Of a stretch of 33,765 bases of DNA, positions 5,804 to 17,800 are shown one piece after another. The stretch is from NCBI GenBank assembly GCA_017998555.1, contig JAGOCU010000002.1, positions 1 through 33,765 of the forward strand. Direction: 5' to 3'. This stretch comes from Thermoflexales bacterium. Its GTDB lineage: Bacteria; Chloroflexota; Anaerolineae; J036; Brachytrichaceae. Each line of letters starts with the position of its first letter. Position 1 is the first letter of the stretch. The notes beneath the pieces were generated by a model. That model saw nothing but the letters and a program-made list of their open reading frames with translations, was not told the origin of the DNA and ran no database searches. Made by a program: the position numbers and the translations under genes.

Positions 5804-8800
5804 ATGCGCAAACAACGCCTCCTCATTCCCGTTCTGATTCTGGTCGCGGCCGGCCTGGCCGCCTTTGGCGGCCGGGCGATGGCCTCCTACGTGCCGGCGC
5901 CCCCGGCGGCGCCACCCAGCGCCGCCGCGCAGCTTGAGACCGCCTGGCAGAACGCCAAAGCCGCGGGCAGATACCGCTACGGCGCGGAAGTCGCCCAGAC
6001 CACCCATCCGACGGCGCGCTTTGAGAACCAGGGATTGAGCAGCAAGACCCAGCACTTCAGGCTCGATGGCGCGATCGATCTGCCGGCCCAGACGATGGAC
6101 CTCAAAATCTGGACGGGGGAAGGCAGCGTCGATTCCGAGGCCGATGCCCTGCAGTTGAAGGTCGCGGATGGCAAGTCGCTCGGCCGCACGGGCGTCGGCG
6201 CCTGGCATGAGTTGGAGGACGCCAGCGCCCTGTTTGCGCCCGAGCATGACGCGCTCAGTTTCCTGGTCGCGGCCCGAAACGTGGCCGTCGCTGGCACGGG
6301 GTCGAGCGCCGGGATCGGCTACACGCGGTATGCCTTCACCGTCGACGGGCCGGCCTATGCTGAGTACATGCGCGGGCGGATGGATGATGAACTGCGCCGG
6401 CGCGGCAAGCTGCCAGCCCAATTCAATACCAGCGTTATCCGCCAGTATGTCGATATGACGAGCAGCGGGGAGATCTGGGTGTCGGACGCGGGCCTGCCCG
6501 TGCGCGAGATTGTGCGGATGAGCTTCCCGCCTCAGGGTCTCGAGTGGGTTGACGCCGAGATCAGCACGGACTTCACCGATTGGGGTGAGACACGGCTTGC
6601 GTTGGGCGGGCCGGGCGATGTGCTCTCCCCATCACAGGTCCTGGAGCGGGCCCTGACCCCGGCGACCGTCGCCGGGTTGTCGCAGGCCGCCACCCTGGCC
6701 ACAATCGCGCTAGGCCTGGCCGCGTTTCTCTTGTTGCTGACCCGCTATGGCGGCTCGCGGCGGGTCTACCGAATGGTGGTGGTGTCAGTGATTGGCGCGA
6801 TGCTGTTTGGGCCCTTGCTGCAAACGCGCCAGGTGTCGGCCTTCATCGACGATCAGCAGGCGGCGCGGACGCGCGCCGATGAGCGGGCGGGCGCCGAAGC
6901 GCAGCAGCAACGCCTGGAGACTGTGCTGAATGCCAATGACTTTGATCCGAACGTCCCACCGTTGATGGCGGTGGCCGATCGTCAGGAAGCAGAGCGGCAA
7001 TTCGCCTTGGCCGGCGGCAGCCCCAGTCGGTTTGTCGCCGATGCCGGCGATCCCGAGCCTGACGACACCGCCGTCTACAACGGCTGCGAGAAAACCAGTG
7101 ATGACGCGGACCCCGACAACGACGGCCTGAGCAACATCCAGGAAGAGGCCCTCGGAACAGATCCGTGCGACCCCGATAGCGACAACGATGGCATCCCGGA
7201 CGGCGCGGAAGTTGTCGGCTTCAGCCTGGGCGGGCTGCGCTTCTATCTCGATCCGCAATCGGTCGACAGCGATCGCGATGGCATTCCGGACAGCATGGAA
7301 TGTGACTTCCTCGAGATGAACGCCGATCCGGCCAAGTGGGGGAGGGCAGAGCTTACAGGGCCGTTCAAGATCTGGGAGCGCCAGAGCAACCCCTTGACGG
7401 CGAAGTCGTGCGAGGACACCGACGCAGACGGCCTTCCTGATGTGTGGGACGACGACTCGGACGGCGATGGCGTGCCGGATGGCATCGATCTTGCGCCCAC
7501 GACCGTTCTCGCCGGCGGTTACGCGGGCGGGGCCCCCGCGGGCTTTGCAAATCAGAGCTTCGATCTGGCGATCAAGAGCCCGACTCCGGGCAAGCCCTTG
7601 ATGGTTGAGTTCCAGCTTCGGCCCGCCAACCCGGACCACCTCTTTCTGCGCCAGAACGTGCTGGACTGGGCGAAGGACGACCGCAAAGGCCAGGTCCAAC
7701 GGGTGAAAGATAGCACCTACGGGGCCAGCGGGCGGGACGCCAACGGCAACATGCGGCTGAACCCGTATCTCGAGATCAAGGTCACCCTGACCAATGGAAC
7801 GGGGGATGGCCTGCCCGTGAAGGCGGGCTACAACCAGAGGCCCATCACCCGCCAGACCCCGCTGGCGCAGTGGCTGGATCGCGAGGCGCTTTCGAGCTTT
7901 GGCATCTCGGTCAAGAGCGTCGATACGGCCGGGAACCTGGTGGTTTACGTGCCCATTCAGGTTGTGCGCGACAGCGTCGGGACCAAGCCCGTGGCGTTTT
8001 CGGCCACGATGTTCTACCGGCCGGGCGCCGCCGCGGACTGGACCAGCCAGGCGAAGCTGGTTTGGCTGATCGAGGCCATGACCGACTACTGCGACACGAG
8101 CGACGCGGACCCCAAGGGGGATGCGGATGCGTACGATAAGTGGTGCGCCGGGACGACCCATTGGAAGACCGTTCCCGATCAAGTCATTCACGCCTACTAC
8201 GACGATTGGTTCATGACCGGGATGTCGTTGCGTGAGGACCGTGGTGTGAAAGTGGGCGTGCTGTTCGAGGATCCCACCTACGCGAGCACCCATGATTTCA
8301 ATGCGAGCAACTACTACGAGGACAACCTCTGGCAATTGTCAGACAATATTGAAGGCAGCTTTCTGGCCGGGCGCGCCGGGATGTCGGTCGACGAACTGAA
8401 AAAGCGCTTCGATGATGGCAGCCCGTACGCCGATGGGGCCAAAGAATTGTGGGGCTTCCCCAAGGGCATGTTCCGGGTGGTCACTTACGCGCTGGAGAGC
8501 CAGGCCATGATGCCGGTGATGGCGATGACGAACACGCCGGCCCTGCTCAATCGCTATTTCACCCCGACCGCCGCCCTCATTGACGCGCCCACCCTCTTGT
8601 TCGCCCGCGAGGAGACCTTTCGCGCCCTGGCCCAGGAACCCGCCGGGCGGAGCGTGGCCAGCCGGCTGGAGTTCAACCTGTCCGAGACGATGCTGCCGGC
8701 CCAGACCATGGGCTCGTTGAACTGGGCCCCGTATCGCTACAAAGGCGCCCGGGTATGGGAGCCGTATCCGATCGCTGATTACATCGATCGCCTGCATGCG

Positions 8801-11800
8801 CGGCTGGGCCCGCTCTTTTCGGACGAGGACGAATTCAAGGACAAGTACGTCCTGGCCGGCGCTTTGCTCAATGCCGACGCGATGTTTGTCGCGCGTTTCA
8901 TGGGCGCCACCAGTGTCGTGCGGGTCGGGGCCGAGGCTGTGACCAACGCCGATGTGGCGGAAAAGGATGACAGCCTCACGGCAAAGATCACGGGCCAAAT
9001 CCCGAAGTTGGGCAAAAAAGCCAAGAAACAAGTTCTGGACCTGGCGAAGAAGCGCTCCACCATCGAGTTTGCGGCCAAGAGGGGTTTCTCGGGCGGGATT
9101 ACGCCGCAGAGCTCGGTGCATCGGACCTCCAAGTATTTGGAGACGATTGGGCAGGGCGCGTATGGAAAGAACCTGGGCGCGAAGCCCAAGCTCAAGAAAG
9201 GCGCCAATACCACCAAAAAGCAGATCGCCAAGGACTTTGCCGTTGTAGCGATCACGGCGGGTCTGATGGCGGGCGCGAACTACGGCGCACAGAAGGGCGG
9301 AGCAGGCGGCACGGGAAAGACCGGCGGCACCCTTGTCGCGATCGCCAAGTCCGTTAATGACATCAAAAAGGCCGCGACAGACGTGCGGGACGCGTACAAA
9401 GCGGTCAAGACCGCCAAGGCGAGCTATGGATCGATCTCGGCCGCGGCCAAGGCCGCGCCCAAAGTGCTGAAGAATGTCAAAGCGGGGACGGCTGCGATCG
9501 GCCTGGTCATCGAGGTCGGGGTCGCGGTCGGGATGTTCTTCCTCGAGTCGGCCGACATGAAGCCGGGCAGCGATGCCTACGACCAGGCCGTCGTGATGCT
9601 GGTGGCGACCATCATCGTGGCCGTCATCATGACGGTGATCGCGGCCATTCCGATCGTCGGTCAGCTCATCGCGGCCGTCATCGCCCTGATCGATGTGATC
9701 GCTGGCGCGATCTGCAAAGCGCTGGGGGTGGAGGCCGACCCCAACGGCAACAGCGCCAAGGACTGGTTATGCAATGGGTTGACCGGTCTGCTGACCAAGG
9801 CGGTTGCCAAGTTCATCTTCAGTTCCAATCCGATCGTCAACCTGAACGACGAGAGCCGACGGGTCGTCGGCGGCATGCAGCAGGACCTGACCGATCCCTC
9901 CAAGGGCTTTCAAGAGGGGAACGGGCTGAAGGTGAGCTTCAAGATCACCAGCACCATCGTGCCCAACGAACCCAACTCATGGATGGCCGAGATCTACTCC
10001 TACCACTATGAGGATTACTATCTCGTGCAGACGGAGATGGTCTATGCGCTTCAACTGCAGGATGCGGAGCTTCACAATGGCCTGCGGACGACCAGCAACG
10101 GGCTCTGGCGCTATTGGAAGAAGAACGCCAGCACCGGGCGCTTCTACACCGTCGCCCAGCCCAGCGTCTCGATCACCCTCACCCACGCCGGCCTGAATCA
10201 ACCGACCCGGATGCGCCTGGCCGAAGGCGTGGCGATCAACAAGCAGAAGTGCGGGTATTTCATCTTCACCGTGGTGTGCTGGCTAACCGACGAGAGCAAG
10301 ACGACGGGCATCCCAATCGACGACATGCAGCTCGATGTGTTTCCAAACACGTTCGCGAAATTCTACAATCTGGTTGACCGCGGCAATGACAGCTATGCGC
10401 TGTCGTGGGATCCAAGCTTCCCGACGTTGTGCGACGCGGATGGCGACGGGCTGCGCAGCAAGGCCTGTGGCGGCGGCGACCCCAACGATCGCAACCCGGA
10501 CTCGGACAACGACGGACTGTCCGATTTTGATGAGATCGTCACCTTCGGCACAAACCCGATCAATGCGGACACCGATGCCGATGGATTGACCGACTACTTC
10601 GAAGTCCGGTCCAACTCCGACCCGCTCCAGGCCGACAGCGACGGGGACGGCCTGTTTGATTGCGAGGAAGTCGCCCATCGGGTCACGGTCGTCGATTCGG
10701 CGAACCTGTGCGGATCGGTGGGGGCCTGGTCGGGCGGCTGGCTGTTCATTTACGCATTTAATGCCGCCAATCAGCCGCTGCGCACCCGGGTGCTGCCCAA
10801 CCCCGACAGTGTCGACAGCGATGGCGACGGGATCCTGGACAACAAGGAGCGGATTTACGGCTTCAACCCGCAGGTCTACTCGCGCCTGGATGTGCTGAGC
10901 CTCAATGCCGAGGTATTCGAGGATGGCGCGCAGACCGACGGATTCGTTGGCCCGGGCCAAACCCTGACTTATACCGCCCGGCTGAAGAACTTCCTGAATG
11001 ACAAGTTCGGGCAGGGCCTGCTGGATGTGGTGTTCCCGGCCGCAGTGGCGAGCGTGGATCTGTTGCCGCAGGCGTTTGTGCTGCAACCCCGCCAGACGGT
11101 CACCAAAACGGGCCGACTGACGGTCAGCCCGAGCATCACCGCGACCCAGCAGTTGACCCTGACCAACCGGGCCGGGGCCGAGATCACCGACTTGTATGGC
11201 AATTCGAATGAGGTGCGCACACTGTGGCTGCACTTCGACGAGAGCGCTGGCGCGACCACGTTTGTCGACAGCTCGGTCAATCAGAATACACCTGGCTGCG
11301 CAGCCTGTCCGCTCAGCGGGCAACCCGGTGTGGTGGGCCAGGGGTTGTTGTTTTCGGGCACTCAGTACATTTCCGGGACCACGATGAGTGGGATCCAACT
11401 GCTTGACTCGAGCTACAGCGTTGCGGTTTGGGTGAGCGTATCGCAGCCGATCTCCGGCGTCGTTATGCAGATTGGGTCAGTAGCCGGGGGTGATCGCGAT
11501 TTGCTTCAGATATCTAACGGCCGGCCGTCCATTTATGCGTTGCGGTGCTACTACGTGGGCTGCTATGGCAATATCGGGACGGCGGCATTCATGAGCGCGA
11601 CTGCGCCGTTGCCGGTGAATCAATGGCACGAGATTGTGTTCCGCTATGACAAGGACAAGCAGGAATACGCGATCTTCGTTGATGGCCGGCTCGATGTGGC
11701 TATTGCCGGCATGCGCGCACTCCGGGCTGCCGGCCCCGTCTTTATCGGCAGTGGGTTCAAGGGAAACTTGGACGAGCTGCAGGTCTTCAATCGGGCGCTG

Positions 11801-14800
11801 AGCGATGTAGAGATCGGCGCGCGGGCCAGCGCGCCGGCGCTGCGCCTGAAGTTCGATGGCGATTTCAAGGACGCATCGCCGTTCAAGCAGGCGGCGGTGA
11901 CTCGCAAGGCCGGTCAGCCCCTGAATTATCCGTGCTGCGATTACGACGATACAGCCAGCAAGACCCGGATCAGCTTTGGGTCCGGAAAATCGGGCAGTGC
12001 GGCGAGATTCTATGGTTGGTACTACGGCACTGCGTACGACACCGGCTACATTGCCAGAAACGGCCGCTGGATCAACGACGGATACTCGAATGCTCCGGTG
12101 GTGGCCGTCCCCGCCAATAGCAGCCTGGATCTGAGCGGGGGGCGCTTCACCCAGGCATTCTGGATTGATCCGAGTATCAAGCCGTATATGGACTTCGAGT
12201 ATTACACCTATGATCATCCGGGCCAGGATTCGGCGCTTTTGCATTCCGAAACTGCGCCAGAGAATGCCCGGGTGGGTGTCCTGGGCGGCGAGTCAGTCTA
12301 TCAAAACGACCCAGAGTATCGGTATCCGTTTGTCGAGCTGGTTGGACCCAATGCCAGGTTCCCGGTATCCGGCAATCCGGGTCTTCGCTTGCGCCTGGGT
12401 TTCAGCAACGTGTGCGTTGCCGAGTCGGCTCCATTGATCTTCGAGGGTGACTTCCAGCATGTGGTGATCAGTTTTGACAACGGCGTCTACACGATCTATA
12501 AAAATGGCGTGCTGCAACAGACCTTGCCATTGCCGGCCGGGTGCCAGAAGCCTGCCTCAATCAACTACATCAGCAACGCGCTGATTGGACGGTCGCGCGA
12601 GGCATATAAGGCCAGCACAGACAAAATACGCGAAGTGCGCCTGTACACCCAGACCAACTACACCGGCGCGTATATCTCGACGTCCATGGATCTGGCCAGC
12701 GTTGTGTATGGTGTTACCGCAAAGTCCGTCAAGTTGATCAACACCTGCGCCCGGCTGTACAGCGCGAATTTCTATACGGGGACGACGGAACTACTGTGCA
12801 GCGATGTGCCCGATATGAGCGGGCACGCAACGAACAACGCCATCCGCTCCGTCGAGTTCGGCCCGCGGGCGCGGGCCTTCAATGGCAGGCTGGACGATGT
12901 TCGGATATACCGCAGCGTGTTCAGCGGCGCGGATGCGCTCGATTTGTACAACGAGTCGCTGCGCCCGGTCGAGCTCAGCCTCGACGAGTCGCCCGGAACG
13001 AAACGTTTCCGCGACAACTCGTTTTCGGACAACAGCGTGACCTGTGATTACGCCGGCGGGCGCTGTCCGACCAGCGGGCTGGGCGGGCGGGTCAGTCAGG
13101 CCGCGCGCTTTGACGGCGTGAACGATACGCTTACACTCGGTCCGGGCGCGGTCAGCCTCTCGTCAGGTTCGTTTGGCGTGGCGGCCTGGGTCAAGACCAG
13201 CGCTGCGGGAACCCAGATCATCGCCCAGCAGCGCGGGCCAATTCCTGATCGGGATGCCTATCTGTTGGAAGTGAACGGCGGCAAGGCGCACTGGATGAGC
13301 ACCTCCGGCGGCGCCTCCTCACCCGCGTTCAACCTGACTTCTACCGTGACGATCACTGATGACCAGTGGCACCATGTGATGGGTTCAGGCGGCGGCAATC
13401 AGGCTCAAATCTATGTGGATGGTGTCGAAGTGGCCACCAATCTGTCGGTGCCAGGCATCGCGTTTGCGACGAATGCGTTGTCGGTGACGATCGGCGGCGA
13501 CTTGCTTTCGAACCGCCGCTACTTCAATGGACTGCTCGATGACGTCAAGATCGTGCGGGACGAGGCCACCTCTGGGGCCGGTGTACAGACGCTGCTGGAT
13601 GCGGCGCCGAATCTCAGCCTGCACCTCGATGACGCCGATGGCGCGCGGGTCTTTGCCGATGACACCCGCCTGCATCTCGACGGCGGCTGTTTTGGGGCGG
13701 CCTGCCCGCAGCCCGGCGCCTTTGGCCAGGTGCGCGGCGCGGCGACCTTTGACGGGATCGATGACATCATTACGGTGCCGGACACCAGCACACTCCGCCT
13801 GCGGACCTTCAGCATCGGCTTGTGGGTTCGTCCCACCGAGATCCGTTCGGGCCGGCAGACCCTGGTGAACCGGGGCGGTTATTCGGAAGCCTGCTCACAG
13901 GACGCCAACGACAAGAATCGGAATTACTACATCGGGATCGAGCCGATGTCGATGACGCTGCGCTTCCTGGCCGGCCAGACGCCCTATGTGTTTCCTGGCG
14001 CGCCGGACCCCGGCAAGCCCGAGGCCTGCGCGACGCTTGCGCCGTTGTTCAACCTGACGACCACCAAGAAACTCAATCTCAAACAGTGGAATCACGTGAT
14101 GGGAACCTTTGATGGCCGCATCGCGCGGCTGTATGTCAACGGTTCACTGGCCGCCAGTTCGCCGGCGGTCAATCCGGCTGCCGTCATGCCGATCATGCCG
14201 AATGCGCCGGTCGAGATTGGCAGGCTTTTCAACCCATCGAGTTTCGATCTTCCGTTCAGAGGCGAGCTTGACGAGCTGAGCATCTATGGGTCGGACCTGA
14301 GCGCTCGGACCATCAAGCAAGTCTATGACTACCAGGCGGCCTGGTTCGACTTCAGCATGGGGACGCGCCTCACGGTCGATGCCGAACGCCCAGCGGTCAA
14401 GATCGACCTGAATGTCCCGCGGATCAAACTGGCCCAGGATACGGTCCTGTGCGCTTTGGCTTCCGATGCCAGCTCGGGTGTGCGTTCCATCGAATACAGC
14501 GAAAATGGCGCGCTCTGGAAGAGCGCCGACATCGGGGCGGGTTATGCCGCCGTCATCACGAGCACCGACGGCAATGGCGCGACGATTACCCGCACCACCA
14601 CCACCGCTGGCTCCCAGCGCAGCGCGGCGGGTTGTTTCGTTACCCCGATCGTATCGAGCGCGGGCGTGAAGACGATGTATGCTCGCGCGACCGACGCGGT
14701 CGGGCTCACCCGCACAACGACCGTAACCTTCTCGGTTGATGGCGCCGGGCCGGTCGTGGCGCTGGCGGCCAGCCTCCAGGCCGCCCCGCGCAGCGCGGTC

Positions 14801-17800
14801 AGCAATACCGTGCTTCTGACCGGCACGGCCACGGATGCGACCGGCGGCGTCGGCTCGGTGACAGTGGCCCTGATTGACGAAACGGGCGCCGGCACGAGCG
14901 GTGCTGTGACTGCAACCTTGACCGCCGGCGGGTGGATGGCCGACTATGCGTTCTCCTTCGCGCCGCATGGCGCGTACACCGTCGCCCTGCGGGCCGCCGA
15001 TGATGTGGGCAATGTCACGCTTCGGTCCAGCGACCGGATCGCCATCGATGGCGCGGGTCCGCTGGCCGACCTCACCTACACCGGCCCAAGCACCCGCAGC
15101 CTGGCCGGGCTTGGTGATCAGCTGCCGGTGATCGCCGGCACGGTCGCGGATGTGCCGTACCCGTCGAATGCCATGCTGCACTTGCACTTTGAAGAGGCCG
15201 CGGGCGCGCCCAGCTATGCCGATGGCTCCACCCATCGCCGCGATGCGGTTTGCGCGAGCACCTGCGGGCAGGCGCCCGGCCTGCTGGGCCAGGCGGTTCA
15301 ACTCGGCGCCGCCAGCGCCCTGACCGTGAATGAGCCAATCACGGTGAGCGACTTCACGCTGGCGCTGTGGGTGAAGCCGCAGACCACCCAGAGCGCCAAC
15401 CTCATCGCCCGGCGGGCTGGCGCCAGCGTGCAGTTTCAACTCCGAATCAACGCCGCAGGCGCCTTCGAGGCGTATGCCTCGGACGGCGGCCCGCAGGTGA
15501 TCTCGGGCACCACGCCGATTGTGGCGAATACCTGGTATCACGTCGCGGCGATGGCGACCAGCCAGGGCGCCTTGCGGCTGTTTGTCAACGGGGTCGAGGA
15601 ACGCGCGGGCGTCAGCATGGGCAATCTGGCCGACGCCGGCAACGAGTACCTGCTCGGCGGCCTCACTCCCGGCGCGGCCGCGCCGTTTGCGGGACTGCTG
15701 GACGAGGTCCTGGTCTATGACTACGCGCTGCGCCACGATCAGATCTTTGCGATTGCCCGGTCGACGGCCAGCGGGGCGCAGAGTGTCGATGTCGGGCTGC
15801 GGCATGTCAAGGACTTCACCGACGATGCGGCCATCGCCTGGTATCCCGCGCTGATGGCGCCGGCCGGGCAGATCTTCGGGACCTGGAGCTTTACCCTGCC
15901 CGAGGGTGTGGAAGGGCCGTTTGACATTGCCCTGCGGGCCCGGGACGCGCTTGGAAACGAGCGGACCGCCCTTGCGGCCTGGTCGGGCGAGGTGGATACG
16001 CTCGCGCCGCGCGTGCTGCTGACGACGACGATCGAGGGCGGACGGGTGCGCTACACCACGACCGCCCAGGACTACAACCTGGCGGCTCAGGGTTTCAATT
16101 CGGCTTGCGGCGCCGATGTCACGACGGGCCGGCGGCTCTACGAGGCCGACTGGTACACCCGTGTGATCTCGCCTGACAAGGGTGACATCAAGGAACCGGA
16201 ACAAACCGCGCTGCGCGGAAAGCTCTTCGAACTCAGCGCCAGCTGTCTCCTTGACGCGCCCCCCTCGATGGCGGAGACGGGTGTTGCCCCGATGTTCTAC
16301 CCGCGGGCCGTTGTCGCCAACGCCAACGCGCTGTATGCCTTCGACATCGGCGTTCGGGTGATTGCCTATGACGTCTCCAATCCCGATCGCCCAATCCAAC
16401 AGGGCGCATGGCCGATGCCCGGCGCTGCAGGCAGGCTGGCCTTGACCGGGAACTTGTTGCTTGCGTCGACCGGCAGCGGGATTGCCATCGCTTCCATCGC
16501 CGCGCCCCTGCAGCCAATCAGCCTTGGATCGGTTGCGCTCACCAATGTCACCTACATTGAGGACATCGCCGTCGCGGGCCAGTACGCCTATGCGGTCGCG
16601 GGGCAGAGCGGTCTGCGCGTGATCGACCTGGCCAACCCGGCGGCGCCGGTCGAAATCGGCGCCTTGAACACATTCAGCCACGCGACGAGCGTGGCCGTCA
16701 GCGGCACGCAGGCCGTGGTCGCCGACTGGTACGGCCGGCTGCGCATTGTCGATATCACGTCTCCGGCCGCGCCGGTGGAGATCGGTCATTTCGACGTGCC
16801 CGGTTTCCTCACGTCGGTCGCCTTGCGTGGGTCACTGGCCTACGTCGCTTCGTATCGCGGCCTGGAGATTGTCGACATCTCCAACCCGGCTGCGACGGTC
16901 CTGGTCGGGCAGCGTGCCTTGCCGGGACATGGGGTGCGGGTGGTCATTTCGGGAACCGACGCCATCGTTGGGCTGTTGGATTCCGGGGTTGCCATTGTGG
17001 ACGTGTCCGACCCGTCCGCGCCGCTGCTCAGCCGCGCCTTCGACACGCCGGGCCGTGCCATCGATGTCGCGCCGCGCGGCGGGCGGATCTATGTCGCCAA
17101 CCTCAGCGACATTCGCGTGCTGAACCCCTTGCTTCGGCCGGCGTCCATCGCTGTTGACACGGCGGGGAATGTCGGGCGACTGGTGTTGCCGGCGCTGACC
17201 AAAGCCCAACTCGCGCAGCTCAACGCCAATCCGGAGGCGCCTTCGGTCGAGTCGGACGCCTTGAGCCTGCAAATCAACAGCATTCCGCCCTTGTTGAGCG
17301 GGGCGCCGTATACCCTGGCCGGCCTGGCCGCCAGCACGGATGGCGCCTCACTCCGGACGCTCAGCGCGACCGTGGACGGCGCGCTGATCTACACCCAGAG
17401 TTGGACCCCGGGCGCGGCGCTGGGGATCGCCTGGAGCGGCGCCTGGACGCCGACCGGCGAGGGCGCGCATGTGGTCGTGTTGCGGGCCGTGGACTGGGTC
17501 GGCGCCAGCGCCGAGGAGACCGCGACCCTCTTTGTCGACACACTCGCGCCGGCGCTCGGGTTGTCGACCACCCTGTTCGGCCCGAGCCAGTTTGGCGCGC
17601 AGGGCGCGATCGATCTGCGCGGGTCGGCCAGCGACGGCAGCGGCATCCGCGACGTCATTGTCCGGGTCGATGGCCAATCGCTCACGGCGACGCTTGACGG
17701 CGCGAACGGCTGGACGGCCCGCTGGCAGACCGGGCTGGCCGCGCTGCCGGACGGGCTGAGCGTTCCCGTCGTCGTCACTGCCACCGACACGGTTGGGCGG

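Noticed and set aside
8779-9255. 158-aa minus-strand ORF that looks hydrophobic and membrane-like.
   Set aside because: It is antisense to the Lys-rich segment. AAG/AAA codons read in reverse give Leu/Phe, so the hydrophobicity is an artefact of complementing a Lys-rich coding region.
14144-16789. 881-aa minus-strand ORF. Many similar long antisense or off-frame ORFs also fall inside the two giant genes and the regulator, e.g. 6785-8335, 10283-11398, 18206-19555, 19991-20974, 24297-26297, 26457-28550, 1888-3174, 3193-4146, 5435-6421.
   Set aside because: These are typical high-GC shadow ORFs. They are Arg/Gly/Pro/His-rich, have no recognisable motifs, and overlap frames that show clear domain signatures and the expected GC3 bias.
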